Assembly: GCA_050952645.1 (NCBI GenBank)
Contig: JBMNLI010000014.1
Coordinates: forward strand, 1 to 64,000
Length of the DNA stretch: 64,000 bases
Direction: 5' to 3'
Source: Bdellovibrionota bacterium
GTDB lineage: Bacteria > Bdellovibrionota_C > UBA2361 > CAKMMH01
The position numbers and the translations under genes were made by a program. The notes below the pieces were generated by a model, which saw nothing but the letters and a program-made list of their open reading frames with translations, was not told the origin of the DNA and ran no database searches. This document shows positions 28,861-38,666 of this stretch, in pieces. The stretch's first letter is position 1. Each line of letters starts with the position of its first letter.

Positions 28861-29559
28861 TTAAAAAGATAAATCGATATTATCATAAATAGCATTACTT
28901 TTCTTATAGAGAGTAGCCCATTCACGGTCTCCATAACTAAAATGCCACCATTCACCATTGAAAGGGGCGAACTCTTGCTCGTGCATAAGTTTTCTTAACA
29001 TTATTCTATTTTTAAATTGTTGTTTTGATATGTGAGTAGAAGCAGTGGCAAGTTTTTCTTCCTGAGAAAAATCTCCTATTTCCATTCCCATATCGAGAGG
29101 GAGCTCGTTTATTTCAATACTTAAGTCGACAGCACCACCAGTTGTGTGTCCTGCGACCTCTGGCATTGCAATCTTTATATGTGCTTTTTCTATGGCGTCG
29201 TTATGAGCAATATTAGGGTATTTTTTACAAATATCTTCTAGTGTAATTTTAAAATTTTCCCTTTGTATTTTTAAAGGTCTATAACAATTAAATATAACTA
29301 ATTTTGCATCACTATTTATAGTTTTTAATTCGTTTGCAATATTTTTAATTTTCTTTGCAATACTTTCTCTTGCATAGAAAAAAATATTATTCTCATTATG
29401 GTTTGAGATATTTTTAAGATAGCAAGGAGTTCTGAAAATGACCTTATCTCCTATAACATCTGGTAAGTATAGCATTTCTTCGTTGTTATCTATAACTTGC
29501 ATTTCTAATAACTCCGACACTTTGCTAATTTTATTAAAGTCCCAAAATAAATCGTTCAT
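28861..29559 (-). CDS. M15D D-Ala-D-Ala dipeptidase (VanX/DdpX-like)
   Basis: YRPLKIQ, GHTTGGAVDLS, LDMG and EWWHFSYGD zinc-peptidase motifs; no signal peptide. Confidence 0.88.
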   Translation of the reverse strand: MNDLFWDFNKISKVSELLEMQVIDNNEEMLYLPDVIGDKVIFRTPCYLKNISNHNENNIFFYARESIAKKIKNIANELKTINSDAKLVIFNCYRPLKIQRENFKITLEDICKKYPNIAHNDAIEKAHIKIAMPEVAGHTTGGAVDLSIEINELPLDMGMEIGDFSQEEKLATASTHISKQQFKNRIMLRKLMHEQEFAPFNGEWWHFSYGDREWATLYKKSNAIYDNIDLSF

Positions 29560-29576
29560 ATTATTTTAATTTTTAT

Positions 29577-29687
29577 CATTCTTCACGTTTAAAGGTGGTT
29601 TTAAATTTTCCAAAAAAATTAGTACCACCCCTTCCCCGAGCTCAAAAGAAAAACTATTTTCCTAACCCACTTAAAATGTGAAGAACC
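29577..29687. mobile_element. ISL3-like MITE, 111-bp copy
   Basis: ..TTCTTCACGTTT...AAAATGTGAAGAACC with 8-bp direct repeat ATTTTTAT (29569-29576, 29688-29695). Confidence 0.88.
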
Positions 29688-29691
29688 ATTT

Positions 29692-30582
29692 TTATTTAAG
29701 TTTTTGAATTATAGAATCATCAATGTAAAGCTCACCTTTGGCAATAATATCTACAATACCTCCGATAGAGATATTTGTAATTTTGCCGTTATTGATCTTT
29801 GTTTTAACTAAAATCTGTTTATTACTAGGTTGGCGCACTAAGATAGCTAGTCCTTTTTTATCTTTTAAGGTTTTAGCTATCCCAATTGCCGCAGTCCCCG
29901 AACCACAAGCCGTTTCATAGAAAACGCTATCAGTATTTTTAACCCAAACGATAGGAAAGATTTTTATCTCTTCTACGGCTTGTTTATACCAAATCGTACC
30001 AACGGCTTCAAGGTCTTCTAAGTTTAAATTAGTTCTAATTTGTTTAGAAATTTCAATGTAATTTTTTTCATCAAAATTTAAAACATCCGTATCAATCAAA
30101 ACGTGCGTAATACCTTTCATTTCAATGATATCAAGTAAAGTATCGTTATATTTTTTAGTAATATATTTAATATCATTGTCTAATTCTACTAGTGCATCAA
30201 TCCCTTTCTCAGTTTTAAAGCACGTTTCATGAAGCTTTTTGTTGACTCCTGATACTGAAAACTCACAAGTCCAACTTTCGTCAGTTTCATGCTTTAAGGC
30301 AGGGGAACCTTTATCAAGTAGGTAGGCTAAAAAAGCCCTACTTGCGTTTCCGCAAAATTCACCTTCCATCATATCTAATCTTGGAGTTCCATCGGCACAA
30401 TAGCTTACAAAACCAACCTGCTCTCCTCCTAAATGTAAGTTGTGCATAATCTTATTTGAAATAAGCGCCCTATCTTTAGGACTATCAACATGGGGTGAGT
30501 CTATTAGTATGGTAGTATTACCACTAGGACTCATTTTATAAAAATTAAAAGCAATTTTCACAACATTCTCCAATTTGAACAT
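29692..30582 (-). CDS. PLP-independent amino-acid racemase, DapF fold, CntK/histidine-racemase-like
   Basis: PSGNTTILI, EQVGF, EFCGNA and ETACGSGTA two-cysteine motifs. Confidence 0.8.
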   Translation of the reverse strand: MFKLENVVKIAFNFYKMSPSGNTTILIDSPHVDSPKDRALISNKIMHNLHLGGEQVGFVSYCADGTPRLDMMEGEFCGNASRAFLAYLLDKGSPALKHETDESWTCEFSVSGVNKKLHETCFKTEKGIDALVELDNDIKYITKKYNDTLLDIIEMKGITHVLIDTDVLNFDEKNYIEISKQIRTNLNLEDLEAVGTIWYKQAVEEIKIFPIVWVKNTDSVFYETACGSGTAAIGIAKTLKDKKGLAILVRQPSNKQILVKTKINNGKITNISIGGIVDIIAKGELYIDDSIIQKLK

Positions 30583-30627
30583 ACCATATTTATCACCAAA
30601 TTTATCATCTAAACCTAAAGAAAGCTA

Positions 30628-30655
30628 TTGCAAAAAATAGAGCAATTGGTACACT
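30628..30655 (+). promoter_or_regulatory. Putative sigma70 promoter for hpf
   Basis: TTGCAA-N16-TACACT with extended -10 TG; RBS GAGGTG at 30683-30688. Confidence 0.55.
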
Positions 30656-30692
30656 TTCTGTGTGTAGTTATTTTTTTTATACGAGGTGTTAA

Positions 30693-31007
30693 ATGCAAGA
30701 AGAATCAGGAAGAGTAATAACGACTAATATTTCTTTTAGAAATACGGAAGCTACTGAAGCATTAAAACAATATGCTTCAGAAAAAATAACAAACGTCTTA
30801 AGAAAGTTTGTGCGCCAAGATACTGATGTTTCAATAGTGCTTAGCGTTGAAAAAACTAGACATATAGCCGAGGTAAGCTTTAGAGCAGATGGCGCTGATT
30901 TTAATGCAAAGCAAGAAAGCACCGATCTTTATGCTTCAATAGATGGTTTAGTAGATAATATCACTTCCCAATTAAGAAGACATAAAGAAAAAATTCAAAA
31001 AAGATAA
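30693..31007 (+). CDS. hpf: Ribosome hibernation promoting factor (short HPF/RaiA)
   Basis: FRNTEATEALKQY...EK...DLYASID...QLRRHKEK. Confidence 0.93.
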   Translation: MQEESGRVITTNISFRNTEATEALKQYASEKITNVLRKFVRQDTDVSIVLSVEKTRHIAEVSFRADGADFNAKQESTDLYASIDGLVDNITSQLRRHKEKIQKR

Positions 31008-31014
31008 AATTTAA

Positions 31015-31280
31015 AGCTTTCGCACGTTTTTTTAAATTACTCTCTTTTAAACGTTCTACCTTTAGCTTCCATAAATATGCTAGTTAGGAAAAGATATCGT
31101 TAAATAAGATAGATAAATATTATATCAAAAAATATTATAGTAAGATACCAACGAGAGATATTATAAAGAAATATAAAAGAGAGATAATCGTGTGAAAACG
31201 TGTGAAAACATGTGAAAACATTGTATAAAACAGCATTGTATAAAATAACAAAGGCCACACAAAAAACGTGCAAGAAAGTT
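31015..31280. mobile_element. Degenerate MITE-like element with internal tandem repeats
   Basis: Ends CTTTCGCACGTTTTTT...AAAAAACGTGCAAGAAAG resemble the family TIR; internal (TGTGAAAACR)x3. Confidence 0.45.
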
Positions 31281-31709
31281 TGAAATTTAGATAAAAATTT
31301 TATTTAACTTAAGGTTTTTTATATAGGTTTTATGGAATTTCAAAGCATTATTATAGCTTTTTGTAGGTATTTTTAATTTTTAGTGTTTTATTTAATGCAT
31401 TTATTTAATGCTTTATTATTTAATGTAAATATATTTTTTTCTTACCATTTTTTGTTTATTTTTTTACTTATTTTTTATCTATTTTCTAGTTAATTTTCTT
31501 TAAATCCCTATTTAATCTTTCTTTTAGCGACTTTTTAGCGAAAATAGATCAAAAAAACACTGATAAAATAAAAAAATAAACAACTATTCGCAAAAAAGAT
31601 CATCTTAAAATTTAGGTAACGCTATTTTTTTAAAAATAGGGGATATTCTAGTTTTTTGTTTTTTATAAGAAACTATAAAAAATACGTAATTATTTAAGGG
31701 CATAAACTC

Positions 31710-32594
31710 GTGTTATTTAAGTATAAAATACGAAAATTATTAAAAACAAATAATCAAAAATTAGCTATGCAAGTATTAAAAATTATACTAGTAGCTACCA
31801 TTTTGATTATTTTGCTAATTTTAGCTAATGGTTTATTTATAAATTTTCTTAATAGTGAATCGTCCGTAAAAAATAATATTTTATCGGCACTAGATAAAGA
31901 TAATTTAAAATTAAGTCAGGCTAATGCTAATAACGCATTATCAAACGTAAATTATGCTTTAATAACTCAAAAAAATATTTTTGGTAATTTATCTAATAAC
32001 CAAGAAGATAAAGATGTAGAAAGCAGTAGACCTAGCTCTGATATTCCTTTAGCTCTTATCGGAACGGTCATTACAACGGGTTCTGCCCCTTATGCAATAA
32101 TTGAAAATACTAAAGAAAACTTACAAGATGCTTTTTCTACTGGTGATAGCGTATTCGAGTTAGCTACTCTCGTTGCCATATACAAAAACAAAGTAGAAAT
32201 AAGAAGAAATGGAATAATAGAAACTCTTGAGATAGATGCTTTCGACTCAGATGGACAAGATGATGAACAGTCGGGAAATATTCTTTATCTAGATGCAAAA
32301 GAAGTGCAAGCTGCACTTTCTAATCTTCCAGAGGTGATGACGCACGCTCGTGCTATTCCATATTGGCAAGAGGGGCAAGCGGTGGGAGTTAGACTATTTT
32401 CAATAAAGCAAGGTAGTATTTTTGAGAAAGTAGGTTTGAAAAATGGAGATATATTAAAAAATATAAATGGCAAACAACTTGGAGATTTTTCAAAAGCTAT
32501 GGGACTTTTTGAAGAACTTAAAAATGAGACTTCATTAAGTATCAATCTTGAAAGAAATAAAGAAGAAATGAATTTACATTACAAAATAAGGTAA
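31710..32594 (+). CDS. gspC: T2SS protein C
   Basis: TM anchor, HR domain (LALIGTV...AIIE) and C-terminal PDZ (GLKNGDIL..ING); first gene of the CDEF operon. Confidence 0.88.
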   Translation: MLFKYKIRKLLKTNNQKLAMQVLKIILVATILIILLILANGLFINFLNSESSVKNNILSALDKDNLKLSQANANNALSNVNYALITQKNIFGNLSNNQEDKDVESSRPSSDIPLALIGTVITTGSAPYAIIENTKENLQDAFSTGDSVFELATLVAIYKNKVEIRRNGIIETLEIDAFDSDGQDDEQSGNILYLDAKEVQAALSNLPEVMTHARAIPYWQEGQAVGVRLFSIKQGSIFEKVGLKNGDILKNINGKQLGDFSKAMGLFEELKNETSLSINLERNKEEMNLHYKIR

Positions 32595-32602
32595 GAAACT
32601 TT

Positions 32603-35377
32603 ATGAAAACTATATTAAAAAGTAAATTATTAAGTAAAACATTATTATCAAGCTTATCAAGCTTATTGTTATGCTTGTTATTATGTTTAAGTTATTCATC
32701 TTTATCATTCGCTCAAAGCTCGCAAGCAGATAGTGATGGAAATAGTGATATAATAAGCCTTAGAGCTCAAGATAATCAAAATAATGATGATTTAGCTAAA
32801 GATGCATCGACTGAAATAAACGTAAAAAATGCGGATATAGCAGCAATCGTAAAAGTTTTTAGTAAGAAAACGAAAAGAAATTATATCCTTGATGAAAATG
32901 TAAGAGGTAAAGTTTCTATATATCTGCCAGGAAAAGTAACGTCTGATGAGGCACTTAGGATATTAGAATCTGTTCTTGCACTTAAAGGTTTTACCTCGGT
33001 TCCAGTAAGTAAAAACTTATGGAAGATTATCCCTGCTAGAGATGCTAAAGGAGCTACTATCCCGACTAAATTAAGTAGCGACATAGATAATGCAACGGCA
33101 GCGGTAGTCACGAGACTAATAAATTTAAAGTACGTAAATGCCGAAGATATGCAACAAATAATTTCTCAAATGATATCTCCAAACGGTATAGTTAACGCTT
33201 ATACGGGAACGAACGCTTTAATAATTATCGACTCGGAGGATAACGTTGCAAGGTTAATAGATATTATAAACACTTTAGACGTTCCTTTTACTAGTCAAGA
33301 AATGACTATAGTGCCAATTAAATATGCAGAGGCTACAGATTTAGCAGAGAAATTAAAAGAAATTTTAACTGATGAGAAAAACAATGCGACCATTAACAAT
33401 CTTCGCAACCCAAGAATATTAGGGCAAAATAGGCTTCCACAAGTACCACAACAAGGAGGGGGTGCTAGTGCATCTAGCGGCAAAACTATTGCTTCTAGAG
33501 CAAAAGAACCAAAGATTATAGCTGATGAAAGAACTAACTCTATTATTTTACTTGCCGATGATGAAACGACCGCAAGAATTAAAGCGCTAATAGACCAGTT
33601 AGATAGTCAAGTTGATTTGTCGGGAAATAGATATTACGTTTATCGTTGCCAGCATGCTAATGCTGAGGATTTAGCTGAAGTGTTATCGGGCTTAAGTTCT
33701 AATGCAAAGAGTAGCTCTGAGTCTGCAAATCCAGGGCTACAAAAAACTAGCGATACTAAAACTAGAAACAGAACTCAAGAAAGACTTGCAACGCAAACTA
33801 GAACGCTTGGCACCTCTAGACTAACTCCTAAAAGTAGCGATAGTTTACAATCTGCAACGCTAGGGGAAGACGTTTCAATTACTGCCGATGCTTCTACTAA
33901 CTCTTTAATTATAAGTGCTAGCAAGGCAGATTATAGAAAGATTTTAAATTTACTTTCCGAGCTCGATGTAAAAAGGCGTCAAGTGCTAGTTGAAGCTATG
34001 CTTATGGAGGTTAATTTAGATGATACTAATAATATGGGGACGGAATGGATGACATCTAATGGCGGAAAAGATGGTGGTTTTTTTGCTAGCAATACTCAAG
34101 GAGGTTTAAATACTTTATTTAGCAACCCAGATCAACTTTCTGGATTTTCTATGGCTGCGGTAAGTGCTGGAAATTTAACTATAGGAAATATAAACGTTCC
34201 TACTCAAAGCGTTTTACTTCAAGCTGCAGCGAAAAGCTCCATAGCTAATGTGCTTAGTGCGCCAAATATTTTAACTGCCGATAACGAAGAAGCGGAGATA
34301 GTAGTAGGTCAAAACGTTCCGATGCTTGCTAGCACGTCTACATCGTCAGATAATTTAAACAATACTTTTAACCAAATAGATAGACAGGATGTTGGTATTA
34401 CACTTCGTATCACTCCACGAATTAGCGAAGGAGATTTCGTAACGCTAAAAGTATTTACCGAAGTTTCAAACATTATCGATAAGGATCCTAGTTTAGGTTT
34501 TACAACTTCCGTTAAAACTAGTGAAACTACAGTTATAGCAAAAGACAACCAGATGATCGTAACGGGCGGTTTAATATCGGATGATAATACTACTACTGAA
34601 AACGGAGTTCCTTTTCTTAAGGATATTCCAATTCTTGGTCACGTTTTTAAAAATACTGTAAACTCAGTAACGAAGAAGAATCTTTTAATTTTTATAACGC
34701 CAAGAATTATAAGAGATCAGTTCGATGCTAGAAGCTCAACTATAGAAGAAAAAGAAAAATTAGAAGATGTTATTGCTTATAATAATATAACTCCTAATAG
34801 AGAGGGCGTGCTAAATCACCCAAGGATAGATGAGGTCGCTACGAGTGAAAAGTACGAGGGGGCAGTGCCTAGTATAATTACAGCACCTAGAGATAATGAT
34901 AGCACTCTTTTAAAAAGTAGTGGTGAAATTTTAAGATTAAAAGCTTCTCCAAAGCTTCCATCTTTGAAACTTCCAGTTCAAAAAACTAGTAGCGTAAATG
35001 TTAATAGCAATAATAACAATAAAAATGAACTTCCTAAAGCATCGCTAAATATAGGTAAGATTACTAATAAGAATTTAAGTTCAGATAATCAAAAATATAT
35101 AGTGATGAAAGTTTTATCAAATGGGAAAACGTCGCCTTTTAAAACTTCAAAAAACTTATTTGGCGTAACTATGCCAAGCAATGCTAATGTTAATAGTTTC
35201 TTTGTTCCAGGAGGGCGATATGTGTATAATAATAATGGGGAAAAAATAGAACTAGTTGCGCAGGGAGTTTTTAACAATAAAGATAAAGCGGAATATATCT
35301 ACGAGGAGTTAAAGCTCGCATCTTGGAACGAATTAGGTTCTCAAGATTTAATGCGTTCTTGGAGAAAGGCTAATTAA
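32603..35377 (+). CDS. gspD: T2SS secretin D with C-terminal extension
   Basis: N0-N3 domains, RRQVLVEA, DVGITLRITP, VPFLKDIPILGHVF and LLIFITPRII. Confidence 0.95.
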   Translation: MKTILKSKLLSKTLLSSLSSLLLCLLLCLSYSSLSFAQSSQADSDGNSDIISLRAQDNQNNDDLAKDASTEINVKNADIAAIVKVFSKKTKRNYILDENVRGKVSIYLPGKVTSDEALRILESVLALKGFTSVPVSKNLWKIIPARDAKGATIPTKLSSDIDNATAAVVTRLINLKYVNAEDMQQIISQMISPNGIVNAYTGTNALIIIDSEDNVARLIDIINTLDVPFTSQEMTIVPIKYAEATDLAEKLKEILTDEKNNATINNLRNPRILGQNRLPQVPQQGGGASASSGKTIASRAKEPKIIADERTNSIILLADDETTARIKALIDQLDSQVDLSGNRYYVYRCQHANAEDLAEVLSGLSSNAKSSSESANPGLQKTSDTKTRNRTQERLATQTRTLGTSRLTPKSSDSLQSATLGEDVSITADASTNSLIISASKADYRKILNLLSELDVKRRQVLVEAMLMEVNLDDTNNMGTEWMTSNGGKDGGFFASNTQGGLNTLFSNPDQLSGFSMAAVSAGNLTIGNINVPTQSVLLQAAAKSSIANVLSAPNILTADNEEAEIVVGQNVPMLASTSTSSDNLNNTFNQIDRQDVGITLRITPRISEGDFVTLKVFTEVSNIIDKDPSLGFTTSVKTSETTVIAKDNQMIVTGGLISDDNTTTENGVPFLKDIPILGHVFKNTVNSVTKKNLLIFITPRIIRDQFDARSSTIEEKEKLEDVIAYNNITPNREGVLNHPRIDEVATSEKYEGAVPSIITAPRDNDSTLLKSSGEILRLKASPKLPSLKLPVQKTSSVNVNSNNNNKNELPKASLNIGKITNKNLSSDNQKYIVMKVLSNGKTSPFKTSKNLFGVTMPSNANVNSFFVPGGRYVYNNNGEKIELVAQGVFNNKDKAEYIYEELKLASWNELGSQDLMRSWRKAN

Positions 35378-35529
35378 ATTTAACATTTAAATTTAAAGGG
35401 TTTTTTTATGTTTTAAGTGAGTTGTAAAAAGTTGTGTAAATAAGTTTATAAAATAAGTTTATAAAAAAAGTTTATAAAAAAAGTGTGATTATAAAAGGAA
35501 TTATAAAGTTATAAAAGGAATTATAAAGA

Positions 35530-37143
35530 ATGAGTAGTGAAGCAAGAAAATTAAATCATAACATAGGTGATTTAAAAGCTTTAGCAAGGTATTTAGGAGT
35601 GCTATATTACGATAAACTTTCTGACCCTATTTTGCCTCAAAAAATTGTAAAGGGTGATTTTAAAAGAATCACAGGCTCTTGGGCAAAAAATTATTTAGCT
35701 ATTCCTATTGCAGAGTCGGAAAATGAAATCATAGTCGCTACGTCTGAACCAGATAATATAAACCTTATCGAGCAACTACAAATATGTTTTGGAAAAGCCG
35801 TAAAAATAATTGCAGCTCCAGAAGAAGAAGTTTTAAAAGCCATTAACTCGGTTAAAACGAGACTTATGAACGATCGCTCGAGTGATTTAAAGAGCGATGA
35901 TGATGACGATGGTAACGAGTTTAGCCATGAGTTAAAGATAGACGTTACGGATGCAGAGGATGATGATGCTCCGATTATACGATACGTAAATGCAATGATT
36001 TTTAAAGCTAACACTGAACGAGCTTCAGATATTCACGTTGAGCCTTATGAAAACGAGGTGAAAGTTAGATTTAGAATAGACGGTGTGCTTTACGATATTG
36101 CTAGTGAAGATAAAATGTTCCAAGCTGGTATTGCTAGTAGAATAAAAATTATGGCAGGTCTTAATATTGCAGAAAAAAGATTGCCACAAGATGGGAGAAT
36201 AGGTCTTAAAATTGCTGGTAAAGATGTAGATATTCGTGTATCTACGATTCCTACCTCATTTGGTGAAAGAATAGTTCTTAGAATTCTCGACCAAACATCG
36301 ACCGTGCTAGATTTAGAGCAGCTTGGGATTACTGGGAAAAATCTTGCAACGGTTCAAAATTTAATTACTAAGCCTAATGGTATAATTTTAGTTACTGGGC
36401 CTACGGGTTCTGGTAAGTCTACAACCTTATATTCCTGCTTGTCGTATATAAATAAGCCTGATTTAAATATTTTAACGGTTGAAGATCCTGTCGAGTACCA
36501 ACTCCCAGGGATTGGGCAAATGCAAGTAAATCCGAAGATAGGATTCACTTTTGCTTCGGGGCTTCGTGCAATTTTACGTCAAGACCCAGACGTCGTGATG
36601 GTTGGTGAGATTCGTGATGCAGAAACTGCCGATATTGCTATTCAAGCATCGCTTACGGGACACTTAGTTTTATCTACTCTTCACACGAACGACTCTGCTG
36701 GAGCTATTGCAAGGCTAATAGATATGGGAGTGGAGCCTTTCTTAGTATCTTCAAGTTTGCTTGCTATTATGGCTCAGCGTCTTATAAGACGCCTTTGCCC
36801 AGTATGTAAGGAAGAGTATGAGCTTTCAGATGAAGAGTTAAGAAATTTAGGTATTGCGCCTCATAAATTAAAATCGAGAAAAGCTTATAGGGAAGGGACA
36901 AAGCCTTGCAGTTTTTGTCAAAATACTAGATATAAAGGGCGAAGTGGCATCCATGAATTGTTGTTAATAGATGAGGATGTGAGAAGTTTAATTACTCAAA
37001 GAATGGACTCTACGACTATAAAGAGAGCAGCTTTTAAGAAAGGTTTTAAAACATTAAGAATGGACGGCGCCACGAAAGTTTTAGCTGGTATAACCTCAGT
37101 TCAAGAAGTATTATTAGTAACTCATGAGAATGAAAATTTATAA
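35530..37143 (+). CDS. gspE: T2SS ATPase E
   Basis: ASDIHVEP, EKRLPQDGR, GPTGSGKST, LRQDPDVVMVGEIRD, TLHTNDS and CxxC...CxxC. Confidence 0.96.
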   Translation: MSSEARKLNHNIGDLKALARYLGVLYYDKLSDPILPQKIVKGDFKRITGSWAKNYLAIPIAESENEIIVATSEPDNINLIEQLQICFGKAVKIIAAPEEEVLKAINSVKTRLMNDRSSDLKSDDDDDGNEFSHELKIDVTDAEDDDAPIIRYVNAMIFKANTERASDIHVEPYENEVKVRFRIDGVLYDIASEDKMFQAGIASRIKIMAGLNIAEKRLPQDGRIGLKIAGKDVDIRVSTIPTSFGERIVLRILDQTSTVLDLEQLGITGKNLATVQNLITKPNGIILVTGPTGSGKSTTLYSCLSYINKPDLNILTVEDPVEYQLPGIGQMQVNPKIGFTFASGLRAILRQDPDVVMVGEIRDAETADIAIQASLTGHLVLSTLHTNDSAGAIARLIDMGVEPFLVSSSLLAIMAQRLIRRLCPVCKEEYELSDEELRNLGIAPHKLKSRKAYREGTKPCSFCQNTRYKGRSGIHELLLIDEDVRSLITQRMDSTTIKRAAFKKGFKTLRMDGATKVLAGITSVQEVLLVTHENENL

Positions 37144-37215
37144 TAAGAGTTTATAATAAGAGTTTATAATTAAAGTTTATAATTATTAAAGTTTTTGTAA
37201 TAAGGTTAATTAAAG

Positions 37216-38442
37216 ATGCCTATTTTTGAATATAATGCGATATCATCAACTACTGGAAGAAAGATAAAAGGCAATATAGATGCTGAGAATATAAGAATTG
37301 CTAGGCAAAAATTAAAATCTCAAGGTGTTTACGTTACGGATATTCGTGAGGGCTTAGAAAAAAATGCTACCACGAAAAAAGGCGAAATAAATTTTTTAAA
37401 AAATAGAGTTTCTCTTAAAGATTTATCTATTATTACATCGCAGCTTACTACTCTTATCGTTGCGGGGCTTCCTCTAGTTAATGCGCTTCAAGCGCTTGCT
37501 GAGCAAACGGAGTCGAGAAATTTAAGAAGAATTCTAACCGATGTTAGAGAGAGTGTAGAAGAGGGGAACGCCTTTCATAAGTCGCTTGCAAATTTTCCAA
37601 AAGCTTTTCCGAAGTTATACGTAAATATGATTGAAGCTGGGGAGGCTTCAGGAAAATTAGATTCTACTTTAGAAAATTTATCAAAGTATTTAGAAGAGCA
37701 ACTCGCTTTAAGAAGACAAGTAATTTCATCTCTATTTTATCCTATATTGATGCTAGTTTTCTGCTTGTTAGTAGTCGTTGGGCTTCTTGCTTTTGTAGTT
37801 CCAAGTATAGTAGAAATATTTGAAAAGCAAGGCGGAACGCTCCCTCTTCCTACGAGAATAGTAGTAGGTATATCGGATATTATTATAAATTATTGGTGGG
37901 TATTTATTTTAGCGATTATAGGAATGGTAGTAGGTTTTAAAAAATATATACAAACGGAGCAAGGAAAATTTAATATAGATTTAATGCTTATAAGGCTTCC
38001 TTTTTTTGGAAAATTGTATACGAAAGTTGCAACGGCACGTGTTGCAAGCACTATCGGAACTCTGTTCGCAGGAGGTGTGCCACTACTTACTTGTCTAGAT
38101 ATCGGAAAAAATATAGTAAGCAATGTCCATTTTAGAACATCTCTAGAGCAAGCGAGAGATGGCGTAGAAAAAGGAAAGAGTCTTTCTAGTGAGCTTGGGA
38201 AATCTGGGCTTTTCCCACCACTTTTATCGCATATGATAGCTGTAGGTGAAAAAAGCGGACAATTAGAACAGATGTTAGCACGTGCCGCTAAAGCCTACGA
38301 AGATGAGGTAAAAAATGCCCTTTCTGCCATTACATCAATTATCGAACCTTTAATGATCATATGTTTAGGCGGAATAGTTTTTGCAATAGTGATATCAATT
38401 TTAATGCCTATGGTTGGAATAATCGATTTGATTCAAGGTTAG
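37216..38442 (+). CDS. gspF: T2SS inner membrane platform protein F
   Basis: AGLPL, GEASGKLD, GEKSGQLE and IEPLMI motifs. Confidence 0.95.
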   Translation: MPIFEYNAISSTTGRKIKGNIDAENIRIARQKLKSQGVYVTDIREGLEKNATTKKGEINFLKNRVSLKDLSIITSQLTTLIVAGLPLVNALQALAEQTESRNLRRILTDVRESVEEGNAFHKSLANFPKAFPKLYVNMIEAGEASGKLDSTLENLSKYLEEQLALRRQVISSLFYPILMLVFCLLVVVGLLAFVVPSIVEIFEKQGGTLPLPTRIVVGISDIIINYWWVFILAIIGMVVGFKKYIQTEQGKFNIDLMLIRLPFFGKLYTKVATARVASTIGTLFAGGVPLLTCLDIGKNIVSNVHFRTSLEQARDGVEKGKSLSSELGKSGLFPPLLSHMIAVGEKSGQLEQMLARAAKAYEDEVKNALSAITSIIEPLMIICLGGIVFAIVISILMPMVGIIDLIQG

Positions 38443-38666
38443 GCTTATAATTCTAATTCTCGAACTCAATCTTAAACTTCAATTTTGAACGCTATTTTGA
38501 CTCTATTTTAAAGCGTAATCTCATTGAAGTTTTAAGTATTTTTTAGTATACTAAAGAGCGTTATTTTTAATTTTCAATTATCAGAAAATATCTAGAACAA
38601 CTAGCTACACTTTCTAGTGTTAAGCTTCTAGTAAGACTAAAATTTTAGTAAGGAAATAAACTAATT

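Noticed and set aside
28861..29559. Vancomycin-resistance cluster
   Set aside because: No vanH, vanA/B ligase or vanRS; a lone VanX-like gene in a Gram-negative organism.
29692..30582. Staphylopine-type metallophore operon
   Set aside because: No cntL, cntM, exporter or ABC importer adjacent.
31191..31219. CRP/FNR sites (TGTGA x3)
   Set aside because: Direct 10-bp tandem copies without the TCACA half-site; they fit the microduplication pattern.
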